IMG/VR virus record: IMGVR_UViG_3300012663_001722
Location: 1 to 64,000 of that record
Direction: 5' to 3' (one strand)
Source of the DNA: a virus
Lineage: Duplodnaviria > Caudoviricetes
Length of the DNA stretch: 64,000 nucleotides
Numbering within the stretch: the stretch's first letter is position 1; every line of letters begins with the position of its first letter. Both the position numbers and the translations under genes were made by a program. Below the pieces are notes generated by a model. It was not told where the DNA came from. It searched no databases and saw only the letters and a list, made by a program, of their open reading frames with translations. Shown here in pieces: positions 42,859-52,675 of this stretch.

Positions 42859-44415
42859 TTATTTAGTTGAAGATTTATTTAGACTTTTTACAGTGCTAAT
42901 AATACCATTCATGCCTTTCTTTTTAACACTATCTAAAAATTCCTTTGCATCTTCAATATTATCAAACTCTTGCTGATAGATTTTAGATGTGCGGCCTACT
43001 GCATATTTTACAATAAACCCAATATCTTCTTCAAGTTCTTTTTCTTCTTCGCCCATGACCGAGCTGCTAATACGACGATCACGATATTTTTTAGCGATAT
43101 AACCACTGCTATCATTCCATGAACCACCAGTTGGATCAGTACGTTGCATATCTTTAAAATCAATTTCTTCACTGACTTCATTGCGCTGCCAACCTTTTAA
43201 TATCTCGGAGCTGAAGTTGTTCTTACTGAATTCTAGTCGATCAACGAGTTTAACCGCACTCTGACCACCAAGATCTGTACTAATTGCAACATAACCTTCT
43301 TGACCTGTTACTTTAAAGCCATCTTTTGTTTTTACGAATGTGCTTAGTTCAGCAATACGATCAAGTTGAGCAATAACCATTTTCTTTGCATTTACCAATG
43401 CACTTTGTAGATCATAGATTAGCTGTAGATTTTTGCGATTATCATCAGAGAAAAAGCTCATGGCTTTTTGCATCTTGTCTCGTGCTTGTTCTTTACCTTT
43501 ATCGCTCTTTTTGCTTTCAATATCTTTTTCAAAACGATCACTCATCCATTTAATTAGAGCTGCAACCATTTTATCACTGCTTGGTAAAGTTTCACCCTTA
43601 CGAACAAATGTGTTGTTAAACTGTTCAAGCTTTTGAGCCAGATCAGGATCACCATAGATTGCTGCTAATGCTGTTGGCTTGATCTTCTTAAATGTTTGCT
43701 CGGCCGATGCGATATAACTTTGTAATTTCTTAGTGTCTGCAACACTCAACGATGCTTGCTTTGAAACATTCTTTAGATCAGCTGTGCGCCACCAAACGCT
43801 AGGGATTTTCTTAAAGCTGCTTGTGTCGACCTTATATGTCGCCTTTAGACTATCAAATGTTTTACCAGTATATTGTGTATGAAATACTACACCAATTTTT
43901 GCTTTTAGTATATCCTCTGCACTTTCAACTGGAACAGCATAGACGATGGTATTAGGGTGAAATGTAACATATTTCTTACCATCAATTGTTTCAGTCTTAA
44001 GATCGTCATGAGTGAACATCATATCACCTTGTATAATGCCTTTGATGCCTAGCTTTTGCAACTCGTTAAAAGCAACAATCATTTTTGCTTGCAAATCACC
44101 ACTTGTATCGGCCTTAACTTCTTCAACACTTGTATAGACTTTAGGATCTTTATTAAAGATACCTTTTTTCGCAACGAAAAACTTTCCAGTTTCGGGATGT
44201 TGGCCAGCGAAAACGGCAGGTGCTCCATCCCATTTTACTGTTACACTGCTTGATGATTCACCGCCGCTCATTGATGCAGTCAGTGATTTAAGACTAGAGA
44301 TTGCTTGTTGTACACCATCTGCACCGCCATAAAGAACTAAATCGTCGAGGTGGGTCATGTGTGTATTTTTACCAGCTACGCTGGCTTCGTAGATATACTT
44401 TTTAAAAGTTTTCAT
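42859..44415 (-). CDS. Conserved T4-like hypothetical protein (ligase-like motif)
   Basis: KNTHMTHLDD, TVKWDGAPA, QGDMMF, F.PNTI.Y, EGYV, KLVDRLEFS.NNF. Confidence 0.75.
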   Translation of the reverse strand: MKTFKKYIYEASVAGKNTHMTHLDDLVLYGGADGVQQAISSLKSLTASMSGGESSSSVTVKWDGAPAVFAGQHPETGKFFVAKKGIFNKDPKVYTSVEEVKADTSGDLQAKMIVAFNELQKLGIKGIIQGDMMFTHDDLKTETIDGKKYVTFHPNTIVYAVPVESAEDILKAKIGVVFHTQYTGKTFDSLKATYKVDTSSFKKIPSVWWRTADLKNVSKQASLSVADTKKLQSYIASAEQTFKKIKPTALAAIYGDPDLAQKLEQFNNTFVRKGETLPSSDKMVAALIKWMSDRFEKDIESKKSDKGKEQARDKMQKAMSFFSDDNRKNLQLIYDLQSALVNAKKMVIAQLDRIAELSTFVKTKDGFKVTGQEGYVAISTDLGGQSAVKLVDRLEFSKNNFSSEILKGWQRNEVSEEIDFKDMQRTDPTGGSWNDSSGYIAKKYRDRRISSSVMGEEEKELEEDIGFIVKYAVGRTSKIYQQEFDNIEDAKEFLDSVKKKGMNGIISTVKSLNKSSTK

Positions 44416-44960
44416 ATGTATTGTGCAGAGATTTTATATTTCTCGTTAAATTGTTTAGTTTGAGCAGTATGTTTTAATGAACTATATGGTATATTATAAT
44501 CTTTAAGGGCATCCTTTAAACACTCATATTCTTTTCCATTAACAATAGCTCTTTTTGCTTTAGGATTTTTTGAACCATTTTTATCATGTTTACCTTGTTT
44601 TTTACAACGTTCTTTATATTCTTCTTCTGTTAAATTATCCCAATAGTTTTTTACTACATTTGACATACTAGTATCATCTTTAAATCCTGTATCACCTCCT
44701 TGACCACCAATATGTAAATTATAATAATCTGTATCTTCTACTGCATTTTCTAATTCAATATAATATTTTTCCATTTTTCTTAGATCTTCTTCACACTCGG
44801 TTGAGTATAATATCTCCTTTTTAAAATTAGAACTTCCATATTTCTTAATAGCTTGTCGTAGTAATATACCAGAACCTAAATAATATTTTTTATTTCCATT
44901 GCTTTTTCCGATATATTTTTTATCGTTTATTAAATTAGTTGTTTTATAAATGTAACCCAT
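44412..44960 (-). CDS. Free-standing GIY-YIG homing endonuclease (Seg-like)
   Basis: GYIYKTTNLINDKKYIGK..YLGSG..YYNL..GG; AT-rich. Confidence 0.85.
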   Translation of the reverse strand: MGYIYKTTNLINDKKYIGKSNGNKKYYLGSGILLRQAIKKYGSSNFKKEILYSTECEEDLRKMEKYYIELENAVEDTDYYNLHIGGQGGDTGFKDDTSMSNVVKNYWDNLTEEEYKERCKKQGKHDKNGSKNPKAKRAIVNGKEYECLKDALKDYNIPYSSLKHTAQTKQFNEKYKISAQYI

Positions 44961-44965
44961 AATTG

Positions 44966-44973
44966 TATTTATA
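44966..44973 (-). promoter_or_regulatory. T4-type late promoter TATAAATA
   Basis: Exact match 5 nt upstream of ATG 44960. Confidence 0.7.
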
Positions 44974-44993
44974 AAATTCGCGTCTTCTATATG

Positions 44994-45062
44994 CTAATTT
45001 AAATCTACAGTGTTTTTGCCAGCAGCGCTAGCTTCAAAAATATATCGTTTTAAGCTTTTCAT
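44994..45062 (-). pseudogene. Stranded N-terminal fragment of the 42859..44415 gene
   Basis: MKSLKRYIFEASAAGKNT vs MKTFKKYIYEASVAGKNT. Confidence 0.7.
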
Positions 45063-45072
45063 TTTTACTTTA

Positions 45073-46356
45073 TTATTTTGGTTCGAACAATGGAGCTGAG
45101 TTAATAAAGTCATAAGGCTCAACATCAGCAAAACTAACTTTTCCACTAATTGCTTGTTTTTCACCTTCTTTAACACCGAATGACGCAATTACTTTTCCAG
45201 TTGGACCTTTAATATTTAAACTAACACCGCTTCTTTCTAAAGTAATTTTGCTCAAATCCAATTCCGGATGTTCTGCAATAATTTCGCTCTTAACACCCCT
45301 TTTATTAAAGGTTATGACGCTCATTAGCATCTTTGTATCTTTGTCGGTAAAGCCCATAATCTTTAAAATATTTTCTGCAAACTCTTCTTTCTTAGAAATT
45401 GGTTTTAATACACTATAAACAATTTCAGCAACACGAGGATTAATAGGCTTACGAGCTTCATTACGCTTTTTATCGATTACGTTAATATCGAGAGCCATCA
45501 TGCCTTGTTCAGTATAACCAAGTTTTGTTAGTGCCTTTTTAGCAGAAACTTCGGCCGAGCCTCCTTTATTTAAACCCTTAATAGCTTGTTTAATTTTATC
45601 AAATTGTTTTGCTACTTCAATTAATTCTCTTAAGCGAGCATCCTCTTTAATCGCTTTTTTTACAGCATCACCCGCTTTTTTTCCACCAAGGTGAGTTGCT
45701 AATCCAACTGCTGTGGTATTAGCAAGTCCTACTTGTTTGCCTGTATATAGTTTTAAGGAATAGCCTTGAAGAGTTTCTTTTCCATTCTTTCTCAAAAAGA
45801 GTTGAATATCCGCTTTGCTGCTAATGCCACCACGTTGAAAACTTAAATTATCGCTATATCCTCCAATAATGACTGCGTCATTTTTAACAGCCTCGCTTAT
45901 CAAATAGCGTGCCATATCTTCGCTGCCTTTTTTAATAATCATTTCAGCTTTAGCGAAGTTTTCAGAAGATACTTTTGTTTTTAGATCGTTTTTCCATTTT
46001 GCAACGCTATTAACAATATTATTTCTATATTTTTCATATTTTGCTGCAATCTTTACTCCAGGCATACTAATGCTATAAAGCATCAATAGTACCAACACTT
46101 CATTATAGTTACCCTGAATTGCGGCAAGTGCTCCTTCTTTCAATTCTTTTTCCATTTCAACTTTAATTTCAATAGGTATAGTGATAGCTATTTCATCGCC
46201 AATTTCTGTGTTTTTTAGTTCACTAGAAAATAAACTTGAAATTTTATCTTTAAGGCTAGTCCATACACTTTTTAGTTTTAACACACCACCCTTCACAAAA
46301 TCCTTAAATGATGTAAAATCTTCTGTAATTTGGTTTCTTTTATTGCTTTTCATCAT
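45073..46356 (-). CDS. Late-expressed hypothetical protein, possible PD-(D/E)XK fold
   Basis: 427 aa; GNYNE..KADIQL..GYSLK; AT-rich; TATAAATA at 46370-46377. Confidence 0.6.
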   Translation of the reverse strand: MMKSNKRNQITEDFTSFKDFVKGGVLKLKSVWTSLKDKISSLFSSELKNTEIGDEIAITIPIEIKVEMEKELKEGALAAIQGNYNEVLVLLMLYSISMPGVKIAAKYEKYRNNIVNSVAKWKNDLKTKVSSENFAKAEMIIKKGSEDMARYLISEAVKNDAVIIGGYSDNLSFQRGGISSKADIQLFLRKNGKETLQGYSLKLYTGKQVGLANTTAVGLATHLGGKKAGDAVKKAIKEDARLRELIEVAKQFDKIKQAIKGLNKGGSAEVSAKKALTKLGYTEQGMMALDINVIDKKRNEARKPINPRVAEIVYSVLKPISKKEEFAENILKIMGFTDKDTKMLMSVITFNKRGVKSEIIAEHPELDLSKITLERSGVSLNIKGPTGKVIASFGVKEGEKQAISGKVSFADVEPYDFINSAPLFEPK

Positions 46357-46369
46357 GTCGTATATTCCT

Positions 46370-46377
46370 TATTTATA
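46370..46377 (-). promoter_or_regulatory. T4-type late promoter TATAAATA
   Basis: Exact match upstream of 46356. Confidence 0.7.
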
Positions 46378-46382
46378 TAGTT

Positions 46383-46808
46383 TTAAATTTTAACAAATTT
46401 ATTATATAGGATCTTTTCGTATTTGCGAGCTTCTCTTTCCCATGGTCGATTCCATTCATTTGCGATATCAGCAAATTGCTGACCTTTCCAGAGACTATAT
46501 TTTGCCTTGTATACGAGCTCTTTTTTTGCATATTGCTTAACGTGAGCGAGCTCGTGAAATAGTGTACGTAATAACTCAGCATTATCAAGATCTTTATAGA
46601 GATCGATATAATAATAGTGAGGATCATCTGTACTATAGCATAGACCATAGGCACTATGCTCTTCTAATAGATTTGCCTTTCTTTTAACAATAAGCTCAAG
46701 TTTGCGTTTACTTGGCAGCAATTCTTTTAAGGCAAAATCTATAGATTTTTTTACGATAGCTTTAAGTGCTGGATCATCTTTAAATCCATATATTCTTATG
46801 CGTATCAT
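46383..46808 (-). CDS. Zn-metallopeptidase-like protein
   Basis: TLFHELAHVKQY (HExxH), PWEREA. Confidence 0.8.
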   Translation of the reverse strand: MIRIRIYGFKDDPALKAIVKKSIDFALKELLPSKRKLELIVKRKANLLEEHSAYGLCYSTDDPHYYYIDLYKDLDNAELLRTLFHELAHVKQYAKKELVYKAKYSLWKGQQFADIANEWNRPWEREARKYEKILYNKFVKI

Positions 46809-46826
46809 AGTCTATCTATACTTAAT

Positions 46827-46856
46827 AAAAAAGGGCTGAGGTTTCCCCCAGCCCTT
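46827..46856 (-). terminator. Rho-independent terminator
   Basis: aagggctg/cagccctt stem plus U-tract. Confidence 0.8.
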
Positions 46857-46869
46857 ATCAAACAATAAA

Positions 46870-48408
46870 TTAGGCGTATAGCGCAATCATTTTGGCAAGT
46901 TCTTCGCCACTAATTGATACACCTGCTGCACCGGCACCAGCTGCCATATTAAGACCTCTTTGTAGTTTTCGGAAGTTAGCAGTTTGTTTGCTCTTGCCTG
47001 CTTTAAGCAATGCAATAACGTCTTTACGCTTTTGTGAACTAAGTGTCAAACCATCTGCGATTTCCATATCATCAACAATTTTTTCCATGTGTTCATATAC
47101 TTCTTCATCAGTTGGATCAATGTCAATCATGAATGCACGTGTGCGAATAGCACCATCTGGATCGAGTTTATCCATGCTCAGGTTACTAATAAAGATAATA
47201 CGACCTGTAAATTCGAAATAGCGAGGTATCATGCCCTGATCGAGAATCTCTTCGTCAGTTAGATCTCCATCGGGATCAGCAACGTTTTTACCCATTTTGT
47301 TCCAAACAAGTTTACGCTTTTTCTTTGTATCAGTCGCTGCTTTAATAATGTTGCGGCTTTCTTGATCTTTTAGGGCATCATCGCTGTCATCAAACAAGAT
47401 AACCTTATCTTTATATTTGAAGAGCAAACTATACATACCAGCTGCTGTTGCACTGCCTGTATTTTTGAAATAACCTGCGCCGTCTCTCAATCCAGCTTGA
47501 CCTAAGATTTTTTCAACGCCGTGTGTTTTACCAACACCGCCACGACCCGCAATAAAGAGAGCGTTGCTTGCGCCGCTAATAGTCATGCGAATAAGGTTTT
47601 CCATGTGCTCAAGCTGCTTTTCATATACAAGACGCTCTACGTTATCTTCAATATATTTTTCTTTTGCGCTTGGTTCATAGGTCTCATCACTGCTACCTTT
47701 ACGAACGCTTACTTTTACGCAACCGAGTTTTGTAAGAATACGATCTTTATCATCTTTGAATTTTTTAAGATCAGCTTTTGTGCCAACAAAGACAAACTTG
47801 TTTCCGTTCTTTGTAATTACATCTTCGCTTGCATTTGCAACAAGATAGTCAAAGATTTTTTGGCCAGCGCTACGATATGCTTTATAGACTGCAAGACGAC
47901 TAAACTTAGGATCAGTAAGCATATCAACAACACCATCAAAAATGTCATTCATGTTAGATGATACACTCTCGACAATAAAGTTAGGCTTATATTGCAATGC
48001 GCTCTCATTAAGCTCTGCTTCGTCTGGCATTGTCCAGCCATCTTTCATATTAGAGCCAGTTAATACCGCTGCTGCAACTGGTAAAGTCTTTACAAGACTA
48101 ACTTTTTTGTCAAACTCAATAGTTTTCTTTGATTTGCCGTTAAATACGTCAATGCTTTGCAATGCCATCATATTGACATTCTTGCTAGACCAGTTAAAAC
48201 GAATGCTTTGTTCTCCATTTTTGCTATAGAGACGAATGCCATGGCCACTGTGATCGCCGCTGCTAAACTTCTCAATTCCAGGATATCTGAAAAATTTGTT
48301 ACCAGTCTTCTTGTTTAAATAGCTAATAATAATCTTTATTGCTCCATCAATAGAGCTGACATCAAGCTCTTCCTTTAAAAATTCATTAAATGATAATGTT
48401 GTCTGCAT
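46870..48408 (-). CDS. Late-expressed protein with C-terminal AAA+ P-loop ATPase
   Basis: GRGGVGKT (Walker A), ILFDDSD (Walker B), IIFISN, AIRTR. Confidence 0.75.
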   Translation of the reverse strand: MQTTLSFNEFLKEELDVSSIDGAIKIIISYLNKKTGNKFFRYPGIEKFSSGDHSGHGIRLYSKNGEQSIRFNWSSKNVNMMALQSIDVFNGKSKKTIEFDKKVSLVKTLPVAAAVLTGSNMKDGWTMPDEAELNESALQYKPNFIVESVSSNMNDIFDGVVDMLTDPKFSRLAVYKAYRSAGQKIFDYLVANASEDVITKNGNKFVFVGTKADLKKFKDDKDRILTKLGCVKVSVRKGSSDETYEPSAKEKYIEDNVERLVYEKQLEHMENLIRMTISGASNALFIAGRGGVGKTHGVEKILGQAGLRDGAGYFKNTGSATAAGMYSLLFKYKDKVILFDDSDDALKDQESRNIIKAATDTKKKRKLVWNKMGKNVADPDGDLTDEEILDQGMIPRYFEFTGRIIFISNLSMDKLDPDGAIRTRAFMIDIDPTDEEVYEHMEKIVDDMEIADGLTLSSQKRKDVIALLKAGKSKQTANFRKLQRGLNMAAGAGAAGVSISGEELAKMIALYA

Positions 48409-48414
48409 ATTTCT

Positions 48415-48422
48415 TATTTATA
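48415..48422 (-). promoter_or_regulatory. T4-type late promoter TATAAATA
   Basis: Exact match upstream of 48408. Confidence 0.75.
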
Positions 48423-48430
48423 CTTTTTAT

Positions 48431-49828
48431 TTATTCAACAGTGAAATCTTTAAAGTCATTGACCTTACGCGATTTATTAGAAAATGGGCTGCTTACAACT
48501 GGATTTGAAGTTGGGCTTGCAGCATTAATTAGATTTGCTGTAGGATCTGCAATATCGTAGAGCCTCATTTTTGCTCGATCAAGACCAACGGTAAATCTCT
48601 TATTTTTGGATATATCATTATAACGATTTTTAAGTTGTTTGATCATAAGCTGACCCATGCTTTCAAGCTGTTCAGTGCTTAGCAATGCAAGAAATAGATC
48701 TGCGGTGGCTGGCAAACCGAAGCTCTCACTTGTATCTGTAAGCTCCATATCACTGCTGCTTGCACCTTGTCGATTTACTTGTGTTGCAGTCCAGATTGGC
48801 ACGTTATTTTCAACAGCAAGGCCTCGCAATTCTTCAGCAATTGCTTTTACAAGACTATATGTATTTACACCGCCGCTTAGACCTTTGATTCTGCTGCTTG
48901 CACAAATATTTAAATAGTCAATAAAGATTACATCGGCTTTGAAATTCTTTTTAAGAGCTAGCTCGTTTATAAGAGCTCTAAAATGTCCAGCATGTGCGCT
49001 TGCAGTGGGATATTCCTTAATAAGAAGTTTGCCTCTTGTCTTTTTAGCAAGATCGCCTATCTTACTTGAGAAGCTGCTTTCACTGAGATTTTTTAGTTGA
49101 TCAATTCGAGTATCAAGCAGATTGGCATCAATACGCTCAGCAATGCGCTCTTCTGCCATTTCCATAGTAATATAAAGCACATTCAAGCCTTGTGAGAGAT
49201 ATGAACTTGCAAAGTGACACATAACCAAACTCTTACCAACGCCAGTGCCAGCCATTAGTAGGTTTAGTGTCTTGCGACCTACTCCACCGTTTGTAATGGT
49301 ATTGAGCATATCAACATCAAAAGCAATCTTATCTTCTTTTTTATGATAAAAGTCATAGCGAGCAGCAGCATTGTCAATATAATCATGACCAACGTTTGTA
49401 TCAAAGCAAACACTAAGTGCACTGCTTAGCAACTCAGGGATCATGCCTTCTGTTTTATTAGATCGCTTGCCATCAATAATAGCAATGCTCTCCATCACGG
49501 CATTAAAAACTGCTCGATCTTTACACCATTTTTCGGTGTTTTCGAGCAACCATTCTCTATCTGTTTCAAGTGGAGTTGCAAAGCCAGTTAGATGTTTTGC
49601 AATCTCAGAGATATGTGGACTATTGACAATATCTGCAGTCTGGCATTCAACAGCCAGACTTGTCGCATTTGGTCTATTATTATATTTTGTGATATATGCC
49701 TCAATGAGTTTAAAAGTTTCCTTTGTTGCTCCTTCAAAATATTCTGCCTTTAAATGCGGCAGCGCAGTTCTGCAAAATTCTTCATTTGTTACGAGATTAT
49801 TAAGAATGATTTCTTCAATGCTGTGCAT
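48431..49828 (-). CDS. 41: Replicative DNA helicase (gp41)
   Basis: AGTGVGKS, YITMEMAE, IDYLNIC, ATQVNR, SESFGLPATAD, KQLKNRY. Confidence 0.95.
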   Translation of the reverse strand: MHSIEEIILNNLVTNEEFCRTALPHLKAEYFEGATKETFKLIEAYITKYNNRPNATSLAVECQTADIVNSPHISEIAKHLTGFATPLETDREWLLENTEKWCKDRAVFNAVMESIAIIDGKRSNKTEGMIPELLSSALSVCFDTNVGHDYIDNAAARYDFYHKKEDKIAFDVDMLNTITNGGVGRKTLNLLMAGTGVGKSLVMCHFASSYLSQGLNVLYITMEMAEERIAERIDANLLDTRIDQLKNLSESSFSSKIGDLAKKTRGKLLIKEYPTASAHAGHFRALINELALKKNFKADVIFIDYLNICASSRIKGLSGGVNTYSLVKAIAEELRGLAVENNVPIWTATQVNRQGASSSDMELTDTSESFGLPATADLFLALLSTEQLESMGQLMIKQLKNRYNDISKNKRFTVGLDRAKMRLYDIADPTANLINAASPTSNPVVSSPFSNKSRKVNDFKDFTVE

Positions 49829-50096
49829 ATTTTTCAGTTAAAATGTTGTGTAGTATTTTGTTCATAATTGTTTTAAAATCGTCATCTCTGTCCAATTCAG
49901 ATGTGCATTCATAGAGTTCATTGCCATTCTCGATTTTAAAACTATAGTGCAATGTAGCACTATCTTCATTCTCAGTTACGCTTACGCTTGAGTAATAGTA
50001 TTTAATGCCAGCATATTCACCAGTTAGTAATTCAATGCTAGTGTGCTTTTCATCATGAGTGCTTGGCACTAATTTATAATGTTTGTTTTCAATCAT
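49815..50096 (-). CDS. Small acidic protein in the gp40 position
   Basis: Between uvsX and 41 as in T4; sequence not recognised with certainty. Confidence 0.5.
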   Translation of the reverse strand: MIENKHYKLVPSTHDEKHTSIELLTGEYAGIKYYYSSVSVTENEDSATLHYSFKIENGNELYECTSELDRDDDFKTIMNKILHNILTEKYAQH

Positions 50097-50102
50097 AAAA
50101 TT

Positions 50103-50123
50103 AGGGGAGACATTGTCTCCCCT
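50103..50123 (-). terminator. Hairpin, probable terminator after uvsX
   Basis: aggggagac/gtctcccct stem. Confidence 0.6.
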
Positions 50124-50134
50124 TTAGGTTAAGA

Positions 50135-51172
50135 TTAATTTTCTTCTTCTTCGAAAAGGGCTACACCGCCAAGTTTATAGTTTTGTTCAATCTTGTCTTT
50201 AAAGTTAGTTTGATTAAACAGCAGATCCCAGAATTCTTTATTATCTGTATCAGCTGCTCGCAAGTTGCCAGTCAATGGGCTTGCCGTTTCAGGATCATAT
50301 GCCATATACCAACCATTTTTTGGTTTTTGCACATAGCCAAGTTTAAGCGCGAGATCAAGCAAGCCACTCCATTTACTTACGCCATGTTCATAGGTAACAA
50401 GCAAAGGAATCTTACTGCCCTCGCGAACTGTTCGACTCTTTTCAATCTTGATATTGAACTTGAATCCAATTAGATCAGTGCCATCTTTTTCTTGTGAACG
50501 GCTAATAAACCAAATTGCATTTGCACCATAATATGCACCTTTACCACCACTTAGAATAGTCTTGCCATACATCTTTTGCTCTTCATAGGTATGTCCAATT
50601 GCAATCATTGGAATATCTTTGAGAGTAAGATATGGCGTAATCATTCTGAAAAGACCTTTGAGTGCTTTAGCTCTGCTCATATCAGCAGCACTATTTTCGC
50701 TAATTGCATCATCAATTTCTTTTTTACTTGCGATGTTACCAAAGCTATCAAGAATAATAAAGACTTTTTCTTTTTTATCAATAGCTTCAAGCTGATTAAC
50801 AATGTCGAATTTAAGCTCTTCAATATTTTTTACTGGAATATGAAGCACTCGACTTGTATCAATGCCAAATGTTTCAAAATAGCTCTGTGGACTGCCAAAC
50901 TCACTATCATAAAACATCAATACACCATCATCATTTGCTTTTAGCCATGCTGCTGCCATAAGCAAGCTTAATGTACTCTTAAAGCTTTTGCTATCACCAG
51001 CAAAAATGGTTAATCCATTCGTAATGCCTCCATCAATCTTTCCACTTAGGCCAACATTTAGCATTGGCACGCCAACACTAATTAACTCCTTTGCTTCAAA
51101 GAATGACGAATCAGCCAACACTTCTGCCTCTTTAACTCGGCAGTTCTTTTTTAGTTTCTCTAATAATGACAT
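50135..51172 (-). CDS. uvsX: RecA-like recombinase
   Basis: AGDSKSFKS, FYDSEFG, DSFGN, DMSRAK, SGGKGAYY, IEKSRTVRE. Confidence 0.95.
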   Translation of the reverse strand: MSLLEKLKKNCRVKEAEVLADSSFFEAKELISVGVPMLNVGLSGKIDGGITNGLTIFAGDSKSFKSTLSLLMAAAWLKANDDGVLMFYDSEFGSPQSYFETFGIDTSRVLHIPVKNIEELKFDIVNQLEAIDKKEKVFIILDSFGNIASKKEIDDAISENSAADMSRAKALKGLFRMITPYLTLKDIPMIAIGHTYEEQKMYGKTILSGGKGAYYGANAIWFISRSQEKDGTDLIGFKFNIKIEKSRTVREGSKIPLLVTYEHGVSKWSGLLDLALKLGYVQKPKNGWYMAYDPETASPLTGNLRAADTDNKEFWDLLFNQTNFKDKIEQNYKLGGVALFEEEEN

Positions 51173-51176
51173 ATCT

Positions 51177-51548
51177 CTATCTTATACTGTTTTTTTCGTA
51201 TTGTACACCTAATTTTCTATTTAAAAAGTCCCTATCAGGACTTTGACCTTGCATTTGTCCTCGCGAATATTCAACGGCAAAGCTACAATAGTTAATAGTA
51301 TCTTTAAAACTGTCTTCAATACTCTCAAAGTTTGGAGAGTAGTTTGGATCATGTTGCATCGCTTCAATGACACTACGAATACGCAGCATTTTAGCCCAAA
51401 CAATATCAAGCAGTGTGCTTACTCCATTTGGATAATAGTCAGCTTGTTGAATGCTGCTATATGGATTCTGATAATCATTTCCCTTTTTGAGTTGTAATTC
51501 TACACACTCTCGTAATACCTTTACGCTTTCTTTTTCTTCTAGTCTCAT
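51177..51548 (-). CDS. Nucleotide-modification-associated domain 1 (Nmad1)-like protein
   Basis: KKGNDY..K.LR..ESIEDSFKDTINY; start refined. Confidence 0.7.
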   Translation of the reverse strand: MRLEEKESVKVLRECVELQLKKGNDYQNPYSSIQQADYYPNGVSTLLDIVWAKMLRIRSVIEAMQHDPNYSPNFESIEDSFKDTINYCSFAVEYSRGQMQGQSPDRDFLNRKLGVQYEKNSIR

Positions 51549-51549
51549 G

Positions 51550-52230
51550 TTATTTTTGTTTATAAATTTCTCCAGTTTTTGCATAGTGTTCAACAAGATA
51601 AAACTGTCTTTCGTATAGATGTAAATTACCAACTTGCCAGACTATATCTCCAGGCAAGATGCCAAGATCATCAGCTAGTGCATGCTGAACGTGACATTGC
51701 CATGCATAGTCGTTGCGATAGCCAGCCCATGCATCATTGCTTCGCATCTGCACAACTGTTTGCAATCGACCATCGCGAATTTGATATTGTACTGTATTTG
51801 TACAAATGAAATCGCTCATGCCATCTGTATTATATTCATAGTGCATACTTGGTCGAGTATAGATCATAACAGCGCGACGGCTATTAGGATTAGTTCTTAA
51901 TTCAAGCAATACGTTTTGATATTGATTATAGTTCTTTTCGTGCCAAACCAAATAGCCATAGTTGCTATTAATATATCCACCTTTACTTGCTACTTGTTGC
52001 CAGATCTTTGGCACATCACCCGGAATATCATCTACTCTTAGACTTTGAGAGAGATACCATGCCAGTTCGCGTGTGACATAATCTTCGTTGACTTCACCGA
52101 AAATACTTGGCTCATCAGCAATAAAACTAGCGCCCAATATTTCGATTGTTTTGCAACCAGTCTTATCAGTTGTAAACTGTCCTGAATTATAGGCAGTTAA
52201 AAAATTATTTCTTATATCTGTTATCAACAT
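51550..52230 (-). CDS. Thymidylate-synthase homolog of dCMP hydroxymethylase (T4 gp42) type
   Basis: INSNYG, SRRAVMIY.RP, FICT, MRSNDAWAGYRNDYAWQ, GNLHLYERQF. Confidence 0.8.
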   Translation of the reverse strand: MLITDIRNNFLTAYNSGQFTTDKTGCKTIEILGASFIADEPSIFGEVNEDYVTRELAWYLSQSLRVDDIPGDVPKIWQQVASKGGYINSNYGYLVWHEKNYNQYQNVLLELRTNPNSRRAVMIYTRPSMHYEYNTDGMSDFICTNTVQYQIRDGRLQTVVQMRSNDAWAGYRNDYAWQCHVQHALADDLGILPGDIVWQVGNLHLYERQFYLVEHYAKTGEIYKQK

Positions 52231-52234
52231 AGAT

Positions 52235-52648
52235 TTATACATAACGGTTAATTGTTGCACGATTATCAAGCAACATGATCATATAACGACGATCGAATTC
52301 TTGGATCTTTTCAATTGCTGCGCGCAAATTTTGTTCATCAATTTTGCCGTGAATATATTCCAATTCAGTTTCAATAAGCCAATTGACCATAAGCTCACGA
52401 TCATTATTTAGATATTCGATAAATTCTTCAAAATCTATACGAGTTTGATCAGCTGGCCAAATATAATCACCAGCTAAAGTTTCTGTTACATGCTTATAGA
52501 AAGTTTCACCTGCTTTAAACAAATGACATCTAATGTCATCGTTTTCTGCGACAATGAGACAATCAATTGCATTTGACAATTCATGGCTTGTTGTTTGCAT
52601 CTCTTTTGTTTTTATCATATTGTTATGGAATGTATTATAGTCTATCAT
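52235..52648 (-). CDS. Hypothetical protein
   Basis: 137 aa ORF; true start may be downstream. Confidence 0.55.
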   Translation of the reverse strand: MIDYNTFHNNMIKTKEMQTTSHELSNAIDCLIVAENDDIRCHLFKAGETFYKHVTETLAGDYIWPADQTRIDFEEFIEYLNNDRELMVNWLIETELEYIHGKIDEQNLRAAIEKIQEFDRRYMIMLLDNRATINRYV

Positions 52649-52675
52649 GTTTTTTGTATTTTGTAAATCATAAAA

